Source of the DNA: Puniceicoccales bacterium
Lineage (GTDB): Bacteria > Verrucomicrobiota > Verrucomicrobiia > Opitutales > LL51
Assembly (NCBI GenBank): GCA_031283585.1
Contig: JAITBP010000005.1
Coordinates: 1-32,000 of the forward strand
Length of the DNA: 32,000 nt
Reading direction: 5' to 3'
Positions 8,179 through 18,026 of this stretch are shown one piece after another. A model generated the notes under the pieces. It was not told the origin of the DNA. It saw only the letters and a program-made list of their open reading frames with translations, and did not search any database. How positions within the stretch are numbered: position 1 is the first letter of the stretch; the number at the start of each line of letters is the position of its first letter. The position numbers and the translations under genes are program-made.

Positions 8179-9508
8179 ACCTGGTTAAACTTTTTCTAAA
8201 TGCTAATTGAACTAAACCTGTAGGACCATTCCTTTGTTTTGCAACAATCAATTCACGAATCACTAGATCCGACGAAATTTCCTTATCGGTGTCCTCTTCC
8301 CTTTTCTTAGAGAGTAACATAACAACATCCGCATCCTGTTCTATTGCACCGGATTCACGCAGATCTGATAACCTTGGCTGACGCTTCTCTTTTTCTGACT
8401 CTCTATTCAGCTGGCTTAGTACGATGACCGGCACATTGAGTTCTTTGGCCATGGCTTTGACACCCCGTGATATCTCTGATATCTGTTGTTCTCGGTTTAC
8501 CCTGGCATCGGTACCGGCAATCAGCTGCAGGTAATCGATAATGACCAATCCGAATTTGTTCTTATTGTACCTACGCCTAGCCTTTGCGCGCATCTCGGTT
8601 ATGGACATATTCGTTGATTCATCGATCCACAGTGGTGCATTTTTGAATTCATTAGCAACTTTATTTAGATTTATGGCAGACTCCTTTGTGATAAATCCAT
8701 CACGAAATTTTGTCATATTTATACCAGCTCGGCCGCATAATAGCCGCATAGATAGCTGTTCTGAACTCATCTCAAGGCTGAAAAATAGCGTCGGTACAAC
8801 GGTTTTTCCCTCTGGTTTTATCACAGCATTCTCTGCTATATTTAGAGCTAAGCTAGTCTTTCCCACCGAGGGCCTGGCGGCTACAACGATCATTTCACCT
8901 GGATGAAACCCAAAGGTCAAACGGTCGAGATCACCAAAACCTGAGCCCACGCCACTGAGTTCGCCACGGTTCTGTAACAGCTTCTGGACTAATACTATAG
9001 CATTATCAATGGCGCTTCTTATATGCTGTGCAGAATCTGAAAGTCTGGATTCACTTAGATCAAATATTGCTTTTTCAACCGTTTCTACGAATTGGCTAAC
9101 GTCGCTGACCCCGGCATAGGCCGACTCGATGCTTTCGCTGGAAATTTTTATAATTTTCCTGAGCAAATCCAAATCTCTCACACGGTTTATATAATAAACT
9201 ATGTGAACCGGAGTATCTATCCTGCTTGTTATGGAATTTATATAATCATAACCACCAACCTTCTCCAGCTCTCTGCGACTTGATAGCTTTTCCGCCAGAA
9301 CCAGTTCTGAAACCGGAGAATTCTCGGCATAGAGGTCCAATAGGGCCTTAAAAATGACCTGATGGGCCGGCATATAAAACGATGTGGGATAGATTTTTTC
9401 CTGGATGCAGGTAGCAATGCTTTCCTGGCCACCCTCTATTATGCAAGACGCAAGCAACGCCTGCTCGAAATCCACGCTATAGGGCGGAGTTCTGGAGATG
9501 CCGCTCAT
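8150..9508 (-). CDS. dnaB: Replicative DNA helicase DnaB
   Basis: N-terminus PPYSVDFEQALLASCI, Walker A ARPSVGKTSLALNIA, and LVIIDYLQLI, SRGVKAMAKELNVPVIVLSQLNR and LRESGAIEQDADVVM. No intein. Confidence 0.95.
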   Translation of the reverse strand: MSGISRTPPYSVDFEQALLASCIIEGGQESIATCIQEKIYPTSFYMPAHQVIFKALLDLYAENSPVSELVLAEKLSSRRELEKVGGYDYINSITSRIDTPVHIVYYINRVRDLDLLRKIIKISSESIESAYAGVSDVSQFVETVEKAIFDLSESRLSDSAQHIRSAIDNAIVLVQKLLQNRGELSGVGSGFGDLDRLTFGFHPGEMIVVAARPSVGKTSLALNIAENAVIKPEGKTVVPTLFFSLEMSSEQLSMRLLCGRAGINMTKFRDGFITKESAINLNKVANEFKNAPLWIDESTNMSITEMRAKARRRYNKNKFGLVIIDYLQLIAGTDARVNREQQISEISRGVKAMAKELNVPVIVLSQLNRESEKEKRQPRLSDLRESGAIEQDADVVMLLSKKREEDTDKEISSDLVIRELIVAKQRNGPTGLVQLAFRKSLTRFENYADKDI

Positions 9509-9619
9509 TGTAAGTTACTTCCTGCAATAATAAAACACAAAACAATCACACTTGCCAATAATATTAATTTGTAGGTTGTTCATAAATAAAATATACGCAC
9601 CCGGGTAACAAAGTTCTAT

Positions 9620-11815
9620 TTAAAAAACACTATAGGCCACGGTGAATCCGACCATAACCAGCGATACCATGGCCATCAGTTTTATCAATATATTCAGGCT
9701 TGGGCCAGCGGTATCCTTAAACGGATCACCCACCGTATCGCCGATGACCGAAGCTTTGTGTGCCTCGGAGCCCTTGCCTCCCATGGCACCTTCCTCGATG
9801 TATTTTTTGGCATTATCCCAGGCACCACCTGAGTTTGCCATGAAAACAGCTAGCACAAAGCCACTGGATAGTGAGCCGCCAAGCAATCCGATCACACCCG
9901 GAACACCAAAAACAAATCCCACGACAACCGGGACAATTATGGCACATAGCGCTGGAGCAACCATCTCGCGCTGAGCAGCATATGTAGCGATTGTGACACA
10001 TCTAGCATAATCAGGGACCGCAGACCCATCCAGTATCCCAGGTATTTCTTTAAATTGCCTGCGAACTTCCTCAACCATACTCGCTGCGGCACGACCAACT
10101 GCATTTATAGCAAACCCACAGAATAAAAATGACATCATTGCACCGACAAATAAACCCATAAGTACTTTTGGATTAAGCAAATGCACACCATAATAATTTA
10201 TGAAATCGTTCATCGTAGCCTCCGAAACAGCTATGGTTTCACCAGAAACTATCATAAACTCCTTGCCGATTTTAACCAACCCAACCCTTAGGCTGGTAAC
10301 ATAGGAGGCGATCAAAGCCAGGGCTGTCAATGCGGCCGAACCAATTGCAAAGCCCTTTCCGGTGGCAGCCGTGGTATTGCCAAGGGAATCCAATGCATCG
10401 GTGCGCTCTCTCACAACGGAATCCAACCCGCTCATTTGGACATTACCGCCTGCATTGTCCGCAATCGGCCCATAGGCATCTGTCGCCAATGTTATTCCAA
10501 GGGTCGATAACATTCCAACGGCGGCTATCGATATGCCGTACAGCCCTACGGACATATTTATCTGATCAAAACCCGAGAAACCAGTTGCAGAGCAGAACGC
10601 CAATATGGTTCCAAAAACCACAGCCACCACCGGCACAGCCGTTGATATCATGCCTGTCCCGATGCCACTTATTATCACCGTGGCCGGACCGGTCTGGGCC
10701 TGGCCAGCAATCCGTTTCGTTGGGGTATAGGCCTGGGAGGTGTAATACTCCGACGACTTACCTATTATTTCGCCGGTGATCAACCCAATTACCACCGAGC
10801 CCCACAGGCCAGCATAATTCGGAATACCAAGAAGATATAGAACCAAAAACGATGCCACAAATATCAATGCTGCACTCAATTTCACTCCACGGCCAAGGGA
10901 CTTCAGCAATTCCAGCGCAGTGGCGTTTTCCTTGGTTTTGACACAAAACACGCCAATGATCGATAAAATCACACCGATGGCACCTATAAGTGCCGGAGCA
11001 AGAACGGCTTTTACCTGCACCTCCGGGTTGTCTAAAAATGCCACCGCACCCAAGGCTGCAGCCGCCAGAATGGATCCATAGTAGGATTCATACAAATCGG
11101 CTCCCATACCAGCCACATCGCCCACGTTATCGCCCACGTTGTCAGCAATCACGGCCGGATTCCTCGGATCATCCTCGGGAATTCCTGACTCAACCTTACC
11201 AACCAAATCCGCTCCAACATCGGCGGCTTTCGTAAATATTCCTCCGCCAACCCGTGCGAAAAGTGCCTGAAGAGACGTACCTATGCCGAAAGTCAGCATG
11301 GTGCCAGTTATAATCACAAGCCTCTGAGATTGATCCACAGCATCTTCAAAAATGTCCAGTATCACAAACCAGATCGAATAGTCCAGCAGAGCAAGGCCAA
11401 CCACAACTAAACCCATCACGGCTCCGCTTCTAAAAGCTATACGAAGGCCATCGTTTAACGATTTTGAAGCCGCAAAAGCCGCCCGCGATGAGGCGTTCGT
11501 GGCAGTTTTCATCCCTAAAAATCCTGCCAATCCTGAAAAAATACCCGCTGAAATAAAAGCAAACGGGACCCAATCGTTTTGCAAATCCAGGCCAAATGAC
11601 AGTATCCCAAGGATCACTGCAAGTACTAGAAATACAACAGTCACAACCTTATATTGTTGCTTTAGATAGGCGAGCGAACCGGTTCTCACATAGGAAGCAA
11701 TCTCTTTCATTCTATCCGTTCCGGCCGGCTCAAGCATCATGGAGCTATAAAAATATCTAGCAACAATCAACGTAAACACAGCCACAATCGGTATTACCCA
11801 AAACAAAACTGTCAT
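9620..11815 (-). CDS. hppA: Membrane-bound K+-dependent-type pyrophosphate-energised ion pump (H+/Na+-PPase)
   Basis: 731 aa and polytopic. Contains [39 protein letters not shown] and [16 protein letters not shown]. Ala, not Lys, in GNTTAA is the published signature of the K+-dependent subfamily. Confidence 0.95.
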   Translation of the reverse strand: MTVLFWVIPIVAVFTLIVARYFYSSMMLEPAGTDRMKEIASYVRTGSLAYLKQQYKVVTVVFLVLAVILGILSFGLDLQNDWVPFAFISAGIFSGLAGFLGMKTATNASSRAAFAASKSLNDGLRIAFRSGAVMGLVVVGLALLDYSIWFVILDIFEDAVDQSQRLVIITGTMLTFGIGTSLQALFARVGGGIFTKAADVGADLVGKVESGIPEDDPRNPAVIADNVGDNVGDVAGMGADLYESYYGSILAAAALGAVAFLDNPEVQVKAVLAPALIGAIGVILSIIGVFCVKTKENATALELLKSLGRGVKLSAALIFVASFLVLYLLGIPNYAGLWGSVVIGLITGEIIGKSSEYYTSQAYTPTKRIAGQAQTGPATVIISGIGTGMISTAVPVVAVVFGTILAFCSATGFSGFDQINMSVGLYGISIAAVGMLSTLGITLATDAYGPIADNAGGNVQMSGLDSVVRERTDALDSLGNTTAATGKGFAIGSAALTALALIASYVTSLRVGLVKIGKEFMIVSGETIAVSEATMNDFINYYGVHLLNPKVLMGLFVGAMMSFLFCGFAINAVGRAAASMVEEVRRQFKEIPGILDGSAVPDYARCVTIATYAAQREMVAPALCAIIVPVVVGFVFGVPGVIGLLGGSLSSGFVLAVFMANSGGAWDNAKKYIEEGAMGGKGSEAHKASVIGDTVGDPFKDTAGPSLNILIKLMAMVSLVMVGFTVAYSVF

Positions 11816-11941
11816 CTCTTTCCGACTCTCCTATCTATAAAAATCACTAGGCCTATTTTATTCATAACAGACTTACTTTAAACTAAGAACAAAACCATTA
11901 GGCAAGAACAAAATTACCGATTTAATCATCTAGTACCGGGG

Positions 11942-12580
11942 TTACCACCTGTCTATGTGTACCCTTTCCGAGTTATAACGTTCTGAAGGAGAAGGAGTTT
12001 TTGTTGGGTGCCCGATCGGAATCAGGGCAAATGGAAACACTTTTTCCGGAATATTTAGTACCTCTCGGAATTTCTTCATCAGGGGTTCGTCCGGATAGAC
12101 ACCAACCCAGACCGAACCCAGGCCCAGGGCCGTAGCCGCTATCAGAATATTTTCCGCTGCAGCAGAACAATTTTGCTCGAACTTATCTGGTATGGATTCC
12201 AATGACTTATCACCACAAACCAGTACCGCAAATGGTGCCGATTTCAACATTCCAGCATAGGGATGCACTTTCTCAAGCTTGTCAAGGACAACCCTGTCTT
12301 TAATGGCAATGAAATGCCATGGGCTGGACCCCATTGCCGATGGGGCAGCAAACCCGGCTTTCAAAATCATGGTTATCTGTTCACTGGTAATCGGTTCCGA
12401 TGTATAACTTCTAATACTCCTTCTATTTAATATGGCGTCCATTAGACCGACGTAATTAAATTTTTTCTTATTTTCAAGAATAACATCATCATGTTTTTTT
12501 AACAAAGTTAAATTACATGCATCGGCTATCTGGCTCAAGCACAACAAATTAAGTACAAACAAACAAATCTTAATATCCAT
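11942..12580 (-). CDS. Nitroreductase-family FMN oxidoreductase with an N-terminal hydrophobic leader
   Basis: LNRRSIRSYTSEPITSEQITMILKAGFAAPSAMGSSPWHF is the nitroreductase-fold signature. Start set at the ATG at 12580 (MDIKICLFVLNLLCLSQIADAC...), 1 nt after the upstream permease stop. The track start at 12613 would overlap the permease by 32 nt. Confidence 0.8.
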   Translation of the reverse strand: MDIKICLFVLNLLCLSQIADACNLTLLKKHDDVILENKKKFNYVGLMDAILNRRSIRSYTSEPITSEQITMILKAGFAAPSAMGSSPWHFIAIKDRVVLDKLEKVHPYAGMLKSAPFAVLVCGDKSLESIPDKFEQNCSAAAENILIAATALGLGSVWVGVYPDEPLMKKFREVLNIPEKVFPFALIPIGHPTKTPSPSERYNSERVHIDRW

Positions 12581-12581
12581 T

Positions 12582-13343
12582 TTAACGTCTCCCAATCCAC
12601 CTGGCCGCCGCAACCAAGCAGAGGCAGGCTGTGCTTATGTAAAACATAATAACCCTCGTGTCAATAATTCCGTTACAAAAATCTTCCACCTGCATAAATG
12701 TATTCGAGATGTCGGCAATGTTTTGCATATATATGTTGTTAGCGTAGTTTTGGACAGATACGTATTGAAACAGTTGACCTGCAACCAAAACAAAAAACAA
12801 CACCACAAAACTAACCACGGTGGATGCCAGTTGGCTTGGGACAATTGAGCTTATAAAAATACCAAGCGAAATGAAAAATGCACTGCTACAAAAAATGAAA
12901 AACATTCCGCCACTAACTATGACTCCATCGGTGATCTGTAACGACAACACCAATTCTTTCGAAATGCATTTTGCAATGAAAGGAAAAGTACCTACGGCCA
13001 GCCACAAAACAATGTAATAAAAATATATCACAAAAAATTTGCTAAGAACGATCCAGATGCGCCGAATCGGCAACAGGAGAAATGTGTCCAACATTCCATT
13101 ATCTCGTTCCGATGCAATCGACCTCATTGTGATCACAGGCAAAAAAAACACCGTCGGTAACCACATTGATTTGAAAAACAACACCATCAAATGGCAGGGC
13201 TGCGACAATCTCGAGTAATCATCCAATAGGAACAGGAAGATCAATGCCATGAGTGCCGAAAACGAAAAGCCCACCACATAGGCCACCGGTGACAAAAACA
13301 GGGTACGGAATTCGTATAGTATCAATGTCAATAGCTGCCTCAC
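12582..13343 (-). CDS. ABC-2 type transporter permease subunit (COG1277-like); no adjacent ATPase
   Basis: 253 aa with about 6 TM segments. The N-terminus YEFRTLFLSPVAYVVGFSF and the loop RSIASERDNGMLDTFLLLPI are typical of ABC-2 permeases (GldF/NosY-like). Confidence 0.7.
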   Translation of the reverse strand: MRQLLTLILYEFRTLFLSPVAYVVGFSFSALMALIFLFLLDDYSRLSQPCHLMVLFFKSMWLPTVFFLPVITMRSIASERDNGMLDTFLLLPIRRIWIVLSKFFVIYFYYIVLWLAVGTFPFIAKCISKELVLSLQITDGVIVSGGMFFIFCSSAFFISLGIFISSIVPSQLASTVVSFVVLFFVLVAGQLFQYVSVQNYANNIYMQNIADISNTFMQVEDFCNGIIDTRVIMFYISTACLCLVAAARWIGRR

Positions 13344-13435
13344 GGCGGGCCACAGTGATAAAATTCATTAAAATTGCAACCAGATACAGAATTTGGTTGA
13401 AATTCCTAATGATTTAAGTGCCATAACTAACAAGA

Positions 13436-14542
13436 TTGAATGCAGAATATAAGGTAATCGCCAGGCGGTGGAGGCCAAAATCATTTAAGGAACTTGTTGG
13501 CCAGGAACATGTTGTCAAAACCATCGAAAATGCCATATTGACCGGACGGGTGGCCCACTCGTTTCTATTTGTCGGCCCCCGGGGCACGGGAAAAACTTCC
13601 ACGGCCAGACTATTGGCCGCAGCACTAAATGCTGGCAATGCACCATCCATTGACTTCCCGGCGGATTCCGACCTAACGAGTTCGATCATGGATGGCAACT
13701 GTCTGGATGTTATAGAGATAGATGGCGCCTCAAACAATTCCGTTGAACAAATAAGGGAACTTCGGGAGGAATGCCACTATCTACCCAGCGGATGCCGCTA
13801 CAAAATATACATAATCGATGAGGTGCATATGCTTTCCACATCTGCGTTCAATGCTCTACTAAAGACACTTGAAGAACCACCAAGCCACGTAAAATTCATA
13901 TTCGCCACCACCGAAGCTCAGAAAATTCCATCGACCATAACATCCCGTTGCCAAAGATTTGAATTCAAGCCAATCAGCGAAAATATGCTAAAAACCAAAC
14001 TCCTAGAAATAGCTAAGGCCGAACAAATCGAAATAGAACCTCTTGCGTTGGAGGCAGTAATCCGGATGGCCGATGGCAGCATGCGTGATGCCCAAACCAT
14101 CGTCGACCAAATGACGTCGTTCAGCCACGGACATATCAAAGAAATCGACGTCATAACAGCCTACGGCCTTGCTTCGGCCGAACAGCTTTCGGAAATATTT
14201 AGGGCACTTTTAGACAGTGATCACAAATCAATCATAAAACTTTCCAACGAGCTATCAGCCAATGGCTGCGATTTCTATCACACTCTATGCGACCTTGAGA
14301 AATTGATGCACAAACACCTTGAAGGCGTTTCGTTTGAATCGCACGAACAGGAATCGCATGAACAAACCACGGCTTTTGTTAACCTACTGGAGTCCATTTC
14401 ATCAGCCAAGGATTCGGTCCGAAATGGAGTTGTAACCAAAATAAATTTCGAAACAGCTTTGTTTAAAGCCCTGAGAAATGCTAAATTATATTCCATTGAT
14501 CAATTGATAACAAAGCTCAGAAACGCAGCAAAATACCACTAA
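13436..14542 (+). CDS. dnaX: DNA polymerase III clamp-loader subunit DnaX, short form (368 aa, domains I-III only)
   Basis: WRPKSFKELVGQEHV, Walker A GPRGTGKTS, DEVH box IIDEVHML, LKTLEEPP and SRC motif TSRCQRF. The start is TTG. Confidence 0.9.
   Translation: MNAEYKVIARRWRPKSFKELVGQEHVVKTIENAILTGRVAHSFLFVGPRGTGKTSTARLLAAALNAGNAPSIDFPADSDLTSSIMDGNCLDVIEIDGASNNSVEQIRELREECHYLPSGCRYKIYIIDEVHMLSTSAFNALLKTLEEPPSHVKFIFATTEAQKIPSTITSRCQRFEFKPISENMLKTKLLEIAKAEQIEIEPLALEAVIRMADGSMRDAQTIVDQMTSFSHGHIKEIDVITAYGLASAEQLSEIFRALLDSDHKSIIKLSNELSANGCDFYHTLCDLEKLMHKHLEGVSFESHEQESHEQTTAFVNLLESISSAKDSVRNGVVTKINFETALFKALRNAKLYSIDQLITKLRNAAKYH
14336..14365 (+). repeat. Imperfect 15-bp tandem duplication inside dnaX (gaatcgcacgaacag / gaatcgcatgaacaa), encoding ESHEQ-ESHEQ
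   Basis: Read directly from the sequence: 13 of 15 nt are identical, the repeat is in frame, and it lies in the poorly conserved C-terminal part of DnaX. Confidence 0.6.
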
Positions 14543-14676
14543 ATCTGGTGAAACCAACCCGCCACAGGCTATCGATTTTCCAGTTGTCGTTCTAATTCAT
14601 AGAGATATATAACATTTTTACATTTTATTGTTGCCTATTTGTAAAAGAGTTATTGAATTTATGTGGCTGATAAGCA

Positions 14677-17085
14677 ATGAGCAACAATATAATGCGAGCA
14701 TTTTGGGTAAGTGCACAGGAGGGTGTACTTCTCCTAAAGAACGACTGGAATCAGAGCGAACGAGGGCTTCCACCAGTACGATTCACAGAAAATGGGTCTC
14801 TATGTAAGATGCAAATTAGCCGCATCGACCCGTTTTTGTTCGCCAAAACCTCTGGCTATTTCTCGGAAAGGAACAAGTTGACATTCATAATGTTACCCAG
14901 CTGGGTTCCCATGGAAGAATCGGGAACATCTAAATTTTTTCTAACAGGCACGTTCAACGGCTGGTCTCCGAATACAAAAAGCAAAGAATGGTTGTTAACC
15001 CCAGAACTAGTCTGCGGCGAGCTTTGCTGGGTTATTAGAGTAGATCCAAACAGAATAGCCCATCTTTCGCAATTTAAATTCGTATCAGAAAATGGATTCT
15101 GGACTTCTGTACCCAAGGATTGCCAAAATATTGCCTACTGTGAAAAAGGCATAGCAAATTTTCAGTATAACTCAGCCCAAACCGGTTACCATTGTTTTTC
15201 ATTTTTTAGAAAATGCGACGACTTTGATTTCAACAAAAGCTTCCAGATCAGGTTTGGTAACGATCACACGCCCACAGATATAGATTCCAAAGACCTGTTG
15301 GTTACCAAACAATCTAATAAAAGACTCGGAGCCTATATAAGCGGCAATAATACGCACTTCGCTTTATTCGCGCCCAGGGCAATCAACATTAGGCTCGTTT
15401 TATCAGATACCATTCAAAGCGAACCAAATAGAATACAAATGACCAAGGATTGCGACGGCGTATGGGAATGTCTGGTCAAAAAAAATCTTTCCGGCAAATA
15501 TTACAACTACCTACTGACGGACAAATCCGGAAAGGAAGTCGTAGTAGTCGACCCATACAGTGCATGCATGGTCAGTAAACATGGCCCGGCTATCATCGTT
15601 GACACGAACAATATGGGTGAATCAGAAGATAGTTTTAAGCCGCTGCAATGGAGCGAGTTGATCATCTGTGAGGCCCACCTAAGGGACATCCTAGCCAAAT
15701 ACAAATGCGAAATCAGTGACCAGGACAGACTAGGATTTTCTGGCCTGTGCAAGGTTTTAGCCAGTGAGGATAATTACTTTAAGAGCCTGGGCATTAATGC
15801 CATCGAATTACAACCAATCCAAGAATTTGACAATAACACAAAGGACGAGTACCATTGGGGCTACATGCCTGTCAATTACTTCTCACCGTCCAGCGCCTAT
15901 GCACTACGTCCGGACATTGGCTCCCAAATTTCAGAATTCAAAAATTTAGTCAACTATTTCCATAGAAATGGCATAGCTGTTATACTTGATGTGGTATATA
16001 ACCATGTCGGCGAACCAAACTATTTATCCAGGATCGATCTGGAATATTATTTCAGGATTAGCAATGATAGTCTGGAGAACTTCAGTGGCTGTGGCAATGA
16101 CCTCAGGGTCGAAAGCCCGATGTGCACAAGGATGATTCTAGACAGCCTGTGCCACTTCATTGAAGTCTATAATGTCGACGGGTTTAGGTTTGATCTGGCT
16201 GAACTACTCGGCCTAGAATTCTTGAAAAAAGCAGAAAAAACGCTAAAAAAAATTAAAAAATCTGTAATTTTAATCGCTGAACCATGGAGTTTCAGAGGGT
16301 ACATAGGGCATGAAATCAGAAGTACTGGTTTTTCTGCCTGGAACGACGAATATCGCAATTTCGCCCTAGATTATATTCTTGGCAACGGAAACAGGGAAGG
16401 CCTGGAATATTTCATCGGCGGTTCACTGGGATATAGATCCAGTTTTCCAGCACAGACTGTGAACTACATATCTTCTCATGATGACAGGAGCTGGATGGAT
16501 ATGATTACTGAAAACCAAAACAATGATGGGAAAACGCCGACGATCATAGATCGTCGGCGAACAAATTTGTCCATAGCTCTTGTTCTAAGTTCCATTGGCA
16601 TACCGATGTTTTCGGCAGGCCACGATACCCTCCATTCAAAGTCCGGTGAACAAAATACCTATCGAAGAGGCGATCTAAATGCCATAGATTATGAAAGAGG
16701 CGCCGAATATTTCAGCACCCATAAATACATGAGTGATTACATAGGATTTCGTAAATCGCATCTGGGAAGACTTCTGCATCCGGAAAAAAGACCATCAAAA
16801 AATTACCTAAGATCTTTCGCGCCAATGGAAAACAATTCAGCAACCGCCGTATTATTTAATGCCAGCCATGAGCTTGGTAAAGAACAACTGCTGTTTGCCA
16901 TCAACCCGCATTTTTTGTCAGTGACATTTGATCTGACAGAAATAAATTTTCAAAAATTCGTACAACTCGCCGATACGGAGTGCGTCAACCCATACGGGTT
17001 TCGTGACGTATTCCATTTGTCCAGCAACAACTTATTAACCCTACCGAAAGTAAGCTGTGGTCTATGGGCAAAAAATTGTGCCTAA
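14677..17085 (+). CDS. GH13 alpha-1,6-glucosidase (type I pullulanase / glycogen debranching-like) with an N-terminal extra module
   Basis: The GH13 conserved regions are present: ILDVVYNHV (I), GFRFDLAELL (II, nucleophile Asp), LIAEPWS (III, acid/base Glu) and NYISSHDD (IV). The pullulanase-type motif YHWGYMPVNYFSP is also present. A CBM48-like segment sits at about aa 216-300. No signal peptide. Confidence 0.85.
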   Translation: MSNNIMRAFWVSAQEGVLLLKNDWNQSERGLPPVRFTENGSLCKMQISRIDPFLFAKTSGYFSERNKLTFIMLPSWVPMEESGTSKFFLTGTFNGWSPNTKSKEWLLTPELVCGELCWVIRVDPNRIAHLSQFKFVSENGFWTSVPKDCQNIAYCEKGIANFQYNSAQTGYHCFSFFRKCDDFDFNKSFQIRFGNDHTPTDIDSKDLLVTKQSNKRLGAYISGNNTHFALFAPRAINIRLVLSDTIQSEPNRIQMTKDCDGVWECLVKKNLSGKYYNYLLTDKSGKEVVVVDPYSACMVSKHGPAIIVDTNNMGESEDSFKPLQWSELIICEAHLRDILAKYKCEISDQDRLGFSGLCKVLASEDNYFKSLGINAIELQPIQEFDNNTKDEYHWGYMPVNYFSPSSAYALRPDIGSQISEFKNLVNYFHRNGIAVILDVVYNHVGEPNYLSRIDLEYYFRISNDSLENFSGCGNDLRVESPMCTRMILDSLCHFIEVYNVDGFRFDLAELLGLEFLKKAEKTLKKIKKSVILIAEPWSFRGYIGHEIRSTGFSAWNDEYRNFALDYILGNGNREGLEYFIGGSLGYRSSFPAQTVNYISSHDDRSWMDMITENQNNDGKTPTIIDRRRTNLSIALVLSSIGIPMFSAGHDTLHSKSGEQNTYRRGDLNAIDYERGAEYFSTHKYMSDYIGFRKSHLGRLLHPEKRPSKNYLRSFAPMENNSATAVLFNASHELGKEQLLFAINPHFLSVTFDLTEINFQKFVQLADTECVNPYGFRDVFHLSSNNLLTLPKVSCGLWAKNCA

Positions 17086-17145
17086 TCAAACTTAATTGAC
17101 AAATGACATTTAAATAACAGAATTCCCACTGGGGTTTGATAGATT

Positions 17146-17997
17146 ATGAAGAGTTGTCGTTTTGTGATTAAAATAGTGTTAAATTTAGGTATATTGTGTT
17201 CTCCATTGATTAATTATCTTGACTATACTGCATATGCTGATCAATCCACCAGCGATTTGGCAAAATTGCCGGTATCATCTCCATCCAAAATAAAAAAGCT
17301 GCCATCCGGTATCAAATTGCCATGTTATCCTGTGGAATATTGGAAAAAATTGATGACCCATTACTCAAACGGCGAAGCCTACAAATACTGCATTAACTAC
17401 ATAAAAGATGAGACGTCGGCTATGAGTGAACGCCTTAAGGAATTAGGCAAAGCTCTTGAGGAAACCGAAGAAGCCCTTATCCGGGTCGGATGCAAATGCA
17501 TAGAGAGCATTCCGAAGCTCAAGACCAATCTAGGGGATATGGAAAAGGCCTATGCGGCCTGCAGCATGGAAGCGGACATAGATGCAAGTCAAAACAATAC
17601 ATCGAAACTCAAGGATACAAAGCTTGATAAAACCTCATCGTTTTTCATAACTTCTTTGATAGAATTTAAAGAATTTCAGGGTGCAGCCCAGGAATTTAAA
17701 AACCAGGTCTCCTCGATGTTAACCGAAGTCAGAGCGCTGCGTAAAACACATAAGCAAAATGCCCATAACGACAGTCCAGCACCAGCAAGTGTAAGCACAT
17801 CAAGAATACTCGATGACAGTAAGACCGCCAAAAAATGCCTTAAGACGTTGGACGGCAGTATATTAGATCTACTTGATATATCGGACAATACGCTAAGCAA
17901 CACACTCAATATAATATCGGCTCTCTATGAACTTGCTGCTGAGGAACGCTATATTGGTGATACAAAAACACGTAAAAATTCACTGTACCATAAGTAA
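17146..17997 (+). CDS. Hypothetical secreted helical protein (283 aa)
   Basis: Signal-peptide-like N-terminus MKSCRFVIKIVLNLGILCSPLINYLDYTAYA|DQ. The rest is charged and helical with 6 Cys after the predicted cleavage site. I recognise no family. It fills its gap cleanly. Confidence 0.6.
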   Translation: MKSCRFVIKIVLNLGILCSPLINYLDYTAYADQSTSDLAKLPVSSPSKIKKLPSGIKLPCYPVEYWKKLMTHYSNGEAYKYCINYIKDETSAMSERLKELGKALEETEEALIRVGCKCIESIPKLKTNLGDMEKAYAACSMEADIDASQNNTSKLKDTKLDKTSSFFITSLIEFKEFQGAAQEFKNQVSSMLTEVRALRKTHKQNAHNDSPAPASVSTSRILDDSKTAKKCLKTLDGSILDLLDISDNTLSNTLNIISALYELAAEERYIGDTKTRKNSLYHK

Positions 17998-18026
17998 CTA
18001 ATCGATGCTAACATCCCATTTACGGC

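Noticed and set aside
9509-9619. The larger intergenic gaps (3072-3241, 9509-9619, 11816-11941, 14543-14676, 25299-25434), screened for tRNA, SRP RNA, riboswitch and terminator structure. This included the cccggg palindrome near 9601.
   Set aside because: There is no cloverleaf-compatible sequence, no conserved SRP or riboswitch motif, and no GC-rich stem followed by a T-run. The palindrome is only 8 bp with no loop.
10330-11235. Plus-strand ORFs (149 aa and 81 aa) inside hppA, rich in Pro, Arg and Gln
   Set aside because: They are antisense shadows of a strongly conserved, Gly/Ala-rich membrane protein gene. Their composition is typical of non-coding reverse frames.
13414-13737. 107-aa minus-strand ORF overlapping the dnaX 5' region
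   Set aside because: It is antisense to the highly conserved Walker A region of dnaX, and I recognise no independent motif. The same reasoning applies to the other short antisense or alternate-frame ORFs in the track, for example 27574-27840 and 28903-29247.
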